Shown here: piece after piece, positions 58,038-64,000 of the stretch
Layout of the letters: each line of letters opens with the position of its first letter
Numbering within the stretch: position 1 is the first letter of the stretch
NCBI GenBank assembly: GCA_937126915.1
Contig: CAKZLM010000171.1
Span: 2,688-66,687, forward strand
From: an uncultured Alphaproteobacteria bacterium
GTDB taxonomy: Bacteria; Pseudomonadota; Alphaproteobacteria; Sphingomonadales; SMXR01
Direction: 5' to 3'
DNA length: 64,000 nucleotides
The notes under the pieces: model-generated
What the model was told of the DNA's origin: nothing
Databases searched by the model: none
Seen by the model: the letters and a program-made list of their open reading frames with translations, nothing else
Position numbers and translations under genes: made by a program

Positions 58038-59642
58038 GTGAGCATTTACGGCACCTACAAAAGTTCTAACGGCATTGACCAACAAGGTATTGTTGGCGCT
58101 AAAAACGAATATTGGAACCTAGGCACCAGCGCCCTTTATGAAGAAGCCATTCGTCGTGGCGAGGGAGAGTTAGCAAAAGATGGTCCTTTGGTTGTTAAAA
58201 CAGGCCGTTGTACCGGTCGCTCTGCCAACGATAAGTTCACCGTTCGTGATGAAACCACTGAAAACACTGTTTGGTGGGGCGATGTAAACCGTCCAATGAC
58301 ACCTGAGCATTTCGACGTGATTTACAATGCGTTCATGGAACATGCCAAAGACAAAGACTTGTTCGTACAAGACCTTTGGGGTGGTTCTGACCCTGAGCAC
58401 CGTTTGCCAGTGCGTACAATTTCTGAATTTGCGTGGCACTCACTTTTCTGCCGCACCATGTTGATCGAGCCAGAAACGTCTGAGTATGCTGCATTTGATC
58501 CTCAGTTCACCATCATCAACTTGCCTAGCTTCCGTGCTAACCCAGAAACAATGGGGTGTAACTCTGAAACCATCATCGCTGTTAACTTCAGCAAGAAATT
58601 GGTTTTGATCGGCGGTACTGAATATGCTGGCGAGAACAAAAAATCTGTATTCTCAATTCTTAACTACCTATTGCCAACCAAAGGCGTTATGCCAATGCAC
58701 TGTTCTGCAAACATTGGCCCTGAAGGCGATGTTGCTATTTTCTTTGGTTTGTCTGGTACAGGTAAAACCACTTTGTCAGCCGACAGCAGCCGCACCCTAA
58801 TCGGTGATGATGAGCACGGTTGGTCAGACGATGCTGTGTTTAACTTCGAAGGCGGTTGTTATGCTAAAATGATCAACTTATCTGAAGAAGCTGAGCCTGA
58901 AATTCACGCAACCACTAAGCGTTTCGGTACCATCCTTGAAAACGTTGTGATGGATCCTGCGACCCGTGAGCTTGACTTGTTTGATAACACATTGGCTGAG
59001 AACACTCGTGGTGCCTACCCAATTGAATTTATTCCAAACACTTCTGAAGAAAACCGTGGCGGCATGCCTAAAAACATCATCATGCTAACCGCTGATGCGT
59101 TTGGCGTTTTGCCTCCAATCTCTAAGCTTACGCCTGAGCAAGCTATGTATCACTTCCTAAGTGGTTATACTGCGAAGGTTGCTGGCACTGAGATTGGTGT
59201 TAAAGAACCTTCTGCTACCTTCTCAACTTGTTTCGGCGCGCCTTTCATGCCACGCCACCCAAGTGAATATGGTAACCTTCTTCGTAAGAAAATTGCTGAA
59301 ACTGGCGTAAACTGCTGGTTGGTTAACACTGGCTGGACCGGTGGTGAGTATGGTGTTGGTCACCGTATGCCAATTAAAGCAACCCGCGCTTTGTTGCATG
59401 CTGCTCTTGACGGTTCTTTGAATGACGTTGAGTTCCGCGTTGACGAAAACTTTGGCTTCCAAGTTCCAACTGCTGTTAACGGTGTTGACACCAACATCCT
59501 TAACCCACGTGACACTTGGGAAGACAAAGCCGCTTATGACAAAAAAGCTCAAGATTTGGTTGCACAGTTCATTGCTAACTTTGCCCAGTTTGAAGAGCAT
59601 GTTGATGACGCTGTTAAAGCAGCGGCACCATCTGCTGCCTAA
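58038..59642 (+). CDS. pckA: Phosphoenolpyruvate carboxykinase (ATP)
   Basis: A 534-aa ORF with kinase-1a motif [12 protein letters not shown] start preceded by CAGGAGAG. It is divergent from chvI. Confidence 0.95.
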   Translation: MSIYGTYKSSNGIDQQGIVGAKNEYWNLGTSALYEEAIRRGEGELAKDGPLVVKTGRCTGRSANDKFTVRDETTENTVWWGDVNRPMTPEHFDVIYNAFMEHAKDKDLFVQDLWGGSDPEHRLPVRTISEFAWHSLFCRTMLIEPETSEYAAFDPQFTIINLPSFRANPETMGCNSETIIAVNFSKKLVLIGGTEYAGENKKSVFSILNYLLPTKGVMPMHCSANIGPEGDVAIFFGLSGTGKTTLSADSSRTLIGDDEHGWSDDAVFNFEGGCYAKMINLSEEAEPEIHATTKRFGTILENVVMDPATRELDLFDNTLAENTRGAYPIEFIPNTSEENRGGMPKNIIMLTADAFGVLPPISKLTPEQAMYHFLSGYTAKVAGTEIGVKEPSATFSTCFGAPFMPRHPSEYGNLLRKKIAETGVNCWLVNTGWTGGEYGVGHRMPIKATRALLHAALDGSLNDVEFRVDENFGFQVPTAVNGVDTNILNPRDTWEDKAAYDKKAQDLVAQFIANFAQFEEHVDDAVKAAAPSAA

Positions 59643-59660
59643 GCGATAAAAGACTTCGTG

Positions 59661-59699
59661 AAAAGGCCGGACACAACGTTCCGGCCTTTTTCCGTTTTA
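59661..59699 (+). terminator. Rho-independent terminator after pckA
   Basis: AAAAGGCCGGA / TCCGGCCTTTT hairpin, followed by TCCGTTTT. Confidence 0.8.
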
Positions 59700-59740
59700 A
59701 CGGCTGTGTTAGTTTCTTATCCCTTTACGGAAAGATAACA

Positions 59741-60268
59741 ATGGTAAAACGCAAATCATCATGGGGTTTCCCTCGTTGGGGTGAATATGGCAAGGAGACA
59801 TCCGCTGCCAATGTTCGCATTTGTGATTTTACCGATTGCAGCGAAAAAGCTGACCATCCTGCCCCAAAAGCCCCTTTTTCTGAGGAAAAGTGGTGGTTTT
59901 GCCAAGATCATGCAGCGGAATATAACCGCAACTGGGACTTTTTCCAGGGTATGAGCGATGCCGAAGCTAAAAAATATGCCAAGGAAGATCACCAAAAAGC
60001 CGCAGGTTATGGTCAATCTAGCGCCTATAGCTGGGGTGGTGGTACCGACGATGATGGCTTCACCCGCACCGAACGCGACGCTTTGGATTTGTTAGATCTC
60101 AATGGTGACGAGGATTGGCCGCAAATTAAAAAGCAATTTCGTAAAATGGCCAAAAAATATCACCCTGATCATAATAAAAATGACAAAGAAGCCGAAAAAA
60201 AGTTTCAGCAAATCAATACCGCCTATGAAATTTTGCGCCAAAAGTTAGAGCCAAAGTCCTATTCATAA
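59741..60268 (+). CDS. J-domain (DnaJ-like) protein
   Basis: A C-terminal J domain with KKYHPDHN (HPD motif), and an N-terminal Cys/His-containing conserved region. Confidence 0.8.
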   Translation: MVKRKSSWGFPRWGEYGKETSAANVRICDFTDCSEKADHPAPKAPFSEEKWWFCQDHAAEYNRNWDFFQGMSDAEAKKYAKEDHQKAAGYGQSSAYSWGGGTDDDGFTRTERDALDLLDLNGDEDWPQIKKQFRKMAKKYHPDHNKNDKEAEKKFQQINTAYEILRQKLEPKSYS

Positions 60269-60444
60269 GCGCTCATTCTCCAGTCCAAACATCACACAAA
60301 CCATCAAAATACGGGTTTTTTTCGGTCGAACCAATGTTAATGATTGACCTATGAAAAATGCTGATTAGACTGCTTTGTTGATATTCGATTGTCTCATGGG
60401 GGTTATGTCGAGACGTTTAGTATAATAACGACGATCATGTTAAC

Positions 60445-60474
60445 TTGATGAAATCGAATTTGGGGTAATATAAT
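60445..60474 (+). promoter_or_regulatory. Candidate sigma-70 promoter for the SNF transporter gene
   Basis: TTGATG (60445-60450), an 18-nt spacer and TATAAT (60469-60474). It would give a very short leader before GTG 60494. Confidence 0.3.
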
Positions 60475-60493
60475 ATAACAGGGAGTTTTACTC

Positions 60494-61876
60494 GTGGCTG
60501 GAGCATCAGAAGTACAATGGTCATCGCGCATGGCCTTTATCTTAGCCGCCGTTGGTAGTGCCATTGGCCTAGGTAACATTTGGCGTTTTCCGTATTTGGC
60601 AGGTGAAAATGGCGGTGCCGCTTTTATTGCACTATACGTCTTTTTCGTTTTTGCCATCGGTCTGCCGGTTTTGATCGCAGAATTAACCATTGGTCGCCGT
60701 GGTGGCAAATCACCGATTGGCTCTGTGGTTGCTGTTGCAAAAGAATCCAATGTGTCTGAACGTTGGGGCTGGGTTGGCGCCCTTGGTACCTTTGGTGGTG
60801 GCCTTGGTCTTCTTAGCTTCTATACCGTTATCGCGGGCTGGGTGATGGCATACATCATCAAAGCAGCATCTGGTATGTTCACCAATATTGATGCCGCAGC
60901 AACATCTGAAATGATGAATGCTTACGAAGCAAGCGCTGGCACTATGACCACGTGGCACCTGATCTTTACGGCTTTGACCGTGTTCATCGTGGCAAAGGGT
61001 ATTAAAGGTGGCTTGGAAAAAGCCGTAACCTACTTAATGCCTGTGTTGTTCGTGATCGTTATTGCCTTGGTGTTTTATGCCATGGCAGCGGGTGACTTTG
61101 CTGCTGCAGTTGAGTTTTTATTCACGCCTGATTTCAGCAAAATTGATGGTGCTGTAACGCTTAATGCCTTGGGTCAAGCCTTCTTCTCATTAAGCGTGAC
61201 CGTGGGTACAATGTTGGCTTATGGTGCTTATTTGCCAAAAGACATTAGCATTCACCGTTCTGCCACCATCATTGCAGCGGCTGATACAGGTGTTGCCTTG
61301 ATCGCTGGTTTGGCGATCTTCCCGTTTGTGTTTGCTTATGGTTTAGCACCAGATAGCGGCCCAAGCTTGATCTTCCAAACGCTACCAATTGCCTTTGGTC
61401 AAATGCCTGGTGGTACCATCATTGGTACGTTGTTCTTCACCTTGCTAACCATTGCAGCGGTTACCTCATCCATTTCATTGCTTGAGCCAGCTGTTAGCTT
61501 CCTTGAAGAGCGCTTGAACATGAACCGCTGGCGTGCGTCTATCTTCGCTGGTGGCGCTGCCTTTATCGTTGGTATGCTAACAGTGTTCTCGTCGAATGAC
61601 TGGAAAGATGTGCTACCATTGGCCTTCATGGGTATTGAAACCATTGATGGCTCCCCTGCACACTGGGCTAAAATTATTGACTTCACCGTGTCAAACATTG
61701 TGATGCCGGTGGGTGGCCTTTTGATTGCCGTCTATGTTGGTTGGTTCGTTAAGCGTGATGTCATGAAAGACGAGCTTGGCCTACCAGAAGGTGGTATCTT
61801 TGAAATTTGGCACGTATTGATCAAATTCTTCTGCCCTGCAGCATTGATCATCGTGTTGCTATACACCTTCATGTAA
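60494..61876 (+). CDS. Sodium-dependent transporter, neurotransmitter:sodium symporter (SNF) family
   Basis: AVGSAIGLGNIWRFPYLAGENGGAAF is the NSS signature. About 11-12 TM segments. GTG start preceded by CAGGGAG. Confidence 0.9.
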   Translation: MAGASEVQWSSRMAFILAAVGSAIGLGNIWRFPYLAGENGGAAFIALYVFFVFAIGLPVLIAELTIGRRGGKSPIGSVVAVAKESNVSERWGWVGALGTFGGGLGLLSFYTVIAGWVMAYIIKAASGMFTNIDAAATSEMMNAYEASAGTMTTWHLIFTALTVFIVAKGIKGGLEKAVTYLMPVLFVIVIALVFYAMAAGDFAAAVEFLFTPDFSKIDGAVTLNALGQAFFSLSVTVGTMLAYGAYLPKDISIHRSATIIAAADTGVALIAGLAIFPFVFAYGLAPDSGPSLIFQTLPIAFGQMPGGTIIGTLFFTLLTIAAVTSSISLLEPAVSFLEERLNMNRWRASIFAGGAAFIVGMLTVFSSNDWKDVLPLAFMGIETIDGSPAHWAKIIDFTVSNIVMPVGGLLIAVYVGWFVKRDVMKDELGLPEGGIFEIWHVLIKFFCPAALIIVLLYTFM

Positions 61877-61901
61877 GATCATAACAAAACAAAATTAAGA
61901 G

Positions 61902-61930
61902 AGGCCATCCTACGGGGTGGCCTTTTTTTT
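61902..61930 (+). terminator. Rho-independent terminator after the SNF transporter gene
   Basis: AGGCCATCC-TAC-GGGGTGGCCT hairpin followed by a T8 run. Confidence 0.75.
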
Positions 61931-61996
61931 ATGGCATTGTGATTTGACAAACACGGGCAAAAGCGTAGGCTTTTATGGAGCAAGGGAGGCACCATC

Positions 61997-62704
61997 ATGA
62001 ATAACATTATTGTATCAGGTCTAATGGTTATAATTTTCTCACCAATAGCTACGTTTAATAGTGTGCAAGCCGATGATGCCGTCTGTGAAGGCAAAACCCA
62101 AATAGATCATTATATGGTGGGGGTTGCCAACCTGACCGAAGCTGCTAAAACACTTGCAGCCCAAACTGGGATCACGCCGATATTTGGCGGCGTACATACT
62201 GGTGGTGCCACCGCCAATTTTCTCGCCAGTTTAGGGAACTGCCAATATCTTGAATTGGTTGGCCCCAACCCACGAGGCCAAGCTGATAATGACATGAGTA
62301 AGCAATTAAAAACCCTAAATCATCCAACATTGCTAGGCATTGCCTATGCCAGTCATGACCTTGAAGGCATCCAAAAAATTGCTCATATTCGTGGCTTAAC
62401 TGTTGGAAATATTGAACCAGGAGGCCGTAAAACCCCCACTGGGCAACAACTTAATTGGCGCACTTTATCATTTAATGCCAGCGGGGGCTTCTTCATTGAT
62501 TGGATGAAAACAAAACATCCCTCCACCTCCACGCCTAAAGGCCTTAAAGTGACATCTTTCACTATCCAGTGGCCCCATGCCGAAGACCTAAAATCCTTGC
62601 ATCAGGCCATTGGGCTTGACCTACCTATTACACAAGCGGAACACGGCCAATATAGTCTCACCCTTGAAGGGCCAAAGGGCAGCGTTACCTATAGCTCTAA
62701 CTAA
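61997..62704 (+). CDS. Secreted VOC / glyoxalase-like domain protein
   Basis: A signal-like N-terminus and then IDHYMVGVANL...GGVHTGGATANFLASLG..YLELVGPNP, typical of the Glyoxalase_3-type domain. Confidence 0.65.
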   Translation: MNNIIVSGLMVIIFSPIATFNSVQADDAVCEGKTQIDHYMVGVANLTEAAKTLAAQTGITPIFGGVHTGGATANFLASLGNCQYLELVGPNPRGQADNDMSKQLKTLNHPTLLGIAYASHDLEGIQKIAHIRGLTVGNIEPGGRKTPTGQQLNWRTLSFNASGGFFIDWMKTKHPSTSTPKGLKVTSFTIQWPHAEDLKSLHQAIGLDLPITQAEHGQYSLTLEGPKGSVTYSSN

Positions 62705-62737
62705 TATCAGATGCCATTTCACGAAAGACTTTGATTT

Positions 62738-63901
62738 ATGAAGAAACGCTATGCTCTTGCCTTTGCCATCTCAGTTATTTCTGCGGCCCTTATCTTTGGG
62801 GTCGCTCCCCGTTATGTGGAAAAACAAATGAATGTCCACTTGCCTCATGATCCCTTCATGGTGTCTGATCAAGCGCAAGCGTTGCACGAGACCTTAATTG
62901 TGGGTGACTTACATGCCGATAGTTTTTTATGGGATCGTGATTTATCAAAGCGCGATACCATTGGTTCAGTTGATTTTCCGCGCTTAAAGGAAGGGAACTT
63001 TGCCCTACAAGTATTTTCAGCCGTGACCAAATCACCGCGGGGGCAAAATTATGAAGAAAATGATGGTGACAGCGATAATATCACCTCCCTTATGGTGACC
63101 CAATTGCGCCCCCTTGATACTTGGACCAGCCTTTTTGCCCGTGGGCGCTTACATGCCCAATTGGTCAATGATTATGCTGCCAATCACCCCGAAGACATGG
63201 TCGTTTTAAAGTCGAAAAGCGACCTTGAAACCCTAATGGCGCGCCGTGCAGCGGGTGAAACTGTGGTTGGTGGACTGATAGCGATGGAAGGTGCACACCC
63301 TCTTGAGGGTGGCGCGGAAAATGTTAAGGTCTTTGCTGAAATGGGTTATCGTATGATTGGCCTAACCCATTTTTTTGATAATGAGTTGGGCGGATCACTT
63401 CATGGTAAAAGTCAAATGGGCCTTACCGACTTCGGTAAAACCGCCATTCGCCGAATGATCCAGAATAACATCATCATTGATTTGGCCCATGCCTCAGAAC
63501 AAGCAGTGTTAGACACCTTAACCATCAGTGATGGACCTTTTGTCGTGTCGCACACCGGCCTTAATGGCGCCTGTGAAAGCCCGCGCAACATTAGCGATGA
63601 CACCATGCAAAAAATTGTTGATAAGGGCGGTCTTATTGGCATTGGCTTTTGGGAAGGGGCCATTTGCGATACATCCTTGGATGGCATCGCTAAACAAATA
63701 CGATATGGCATAGATCGTTTCGGATTAGAATCAATTGCTTTAGGGTCAGACTGGGACGGTGCCGTGGCGGTTGAATTAACCAGTAATGAAACCCCCGCAC
63801 TCACTCATCACTTGCTATCCAATGGTTTTAGCGAAACAGAAATTCGCGCGGTTATGGGCGGTAATCTCTATCGCTTTTTGGCGGCCCATTTACCACGCTA
63901 A
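62738..63901 (+). CDS. Membrane-anchored dipeptidase (peptidase M19)
   Basis: An N-terminal anchor, then DLHADS, MEGAHPLEG, LTHFFDN, DLAHAS, VSHTG and LGSDWDG, matching the M19 metal and substrate motifs. Confidence 0.85.
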   Translation: MKKRYALAFAISVISAALIFGVAPRYVEKQMNVHLPHDPFMVSDQAQALHETLIVGDLHADSFLWDRDLSKRDTIGSVDFPRLKEGNFALQVFSAVTKSPRGQNYEENDGDSDNITSLMVTQLRPLDTWTSLFARGRLHAQLVNDYAANHPEDMVVLKSKSDLETLMARRAAGETVVGGLIAMEGAHPLEGGAENVKVFAEMGYRMIGLTHFFDNELGGSLHGKSQMGLTDFGKTAIRRMIQNNIIIDLAHASEQAVLDTLTISDGPFVVSHTGLNGACESPRNISDDTMQKIVDKGGLIGIGFWEGAICDTSLDGIAKQIRYGIDRFGLESIALGSDWDGAVAVELTSNETPALTHHLLSNGFSETEIRAVMGGNLYRFLAAHLPR

Positions 63902-63907
63902 CAGCTC

Positions 63908-64000
63908 TTAATCCGATTGTTCCGCCAAATAAACGGGCACCAATTCTCGGTTATTACGCACATCTAGACGCTCACGCGCACCCTTAAGGTGGAAAGATAC
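63908..64000 (-). CDS. 3' end of an unidentified gene, truncated by the window edge
   Basis: The minus frame is open from the window end to TAA (63910-63908), encoding ..VSFHLKGARERLDVRNNRELVPVYLAEQSD*. Too short to identify. Confidence 0.25.
   Translation of the reverse strand, partial: VSFHLKGARERLDVRNNRELVPVYLAEQSD

Overview
This window looks like mostly core chromosome of an alphaproteobacterium. The lineage markers are GcrA, ChvG/ChvI divergent from pckA, a short HprK followed by RapZ, EIIA(Man) and HPr, AddAB, and tsaE-amgK-murU. I cannot name the genus from sequence alone. I call about 57 protein genes and one tRNA-Ala(GGC). I saw no rRNA, CRISPR array, transposase or integrase. Housekeeping blocks: thrS; pyrD-arsC; korAB; trkH/hslO; gcrA; cmk-rpsA-ihfB-lapA-pyrF-accD-folC; trxA-addA-addB-murU-amgK-tsaE; ahcY; ptsH-EIIA(Man)-rapZ-hprK-chvG-chvI next to pckA. 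The non-core items most worth a second look follow. (1) A soluble four-PAS hybrid histidine kinase ends in a C-terminal BLUF domain, and a closely related stand-alone BLUF gene lies about 10 kb away. (2) An orphan M15 endolysin plus 3-TM GTA-type holin cassette has no phage genes around it. The endolysin's well-placed SD-ATG is followed immediately by an in-frame TAA at codon 2. (3) An Aer-type PAS sensor and a TM-less MCP are encoded as two genes 1 nt apart. (4) A dispersed intergenic repeat family has two loci, one carrying a 73-bp tandem amplification. (5) Three CCTGCCTNTGGC direct repeats sit in the long gcrA-cytochrome c' spacer. (6) addB probably starts at a non-canonical ATT. (7) There is an ECF sigma, atypical anti-sigma and CpxP/Spy-like cluster, next to a SprA-related HExxH protein. 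All homology calls come from reading the translations; no database search was run.
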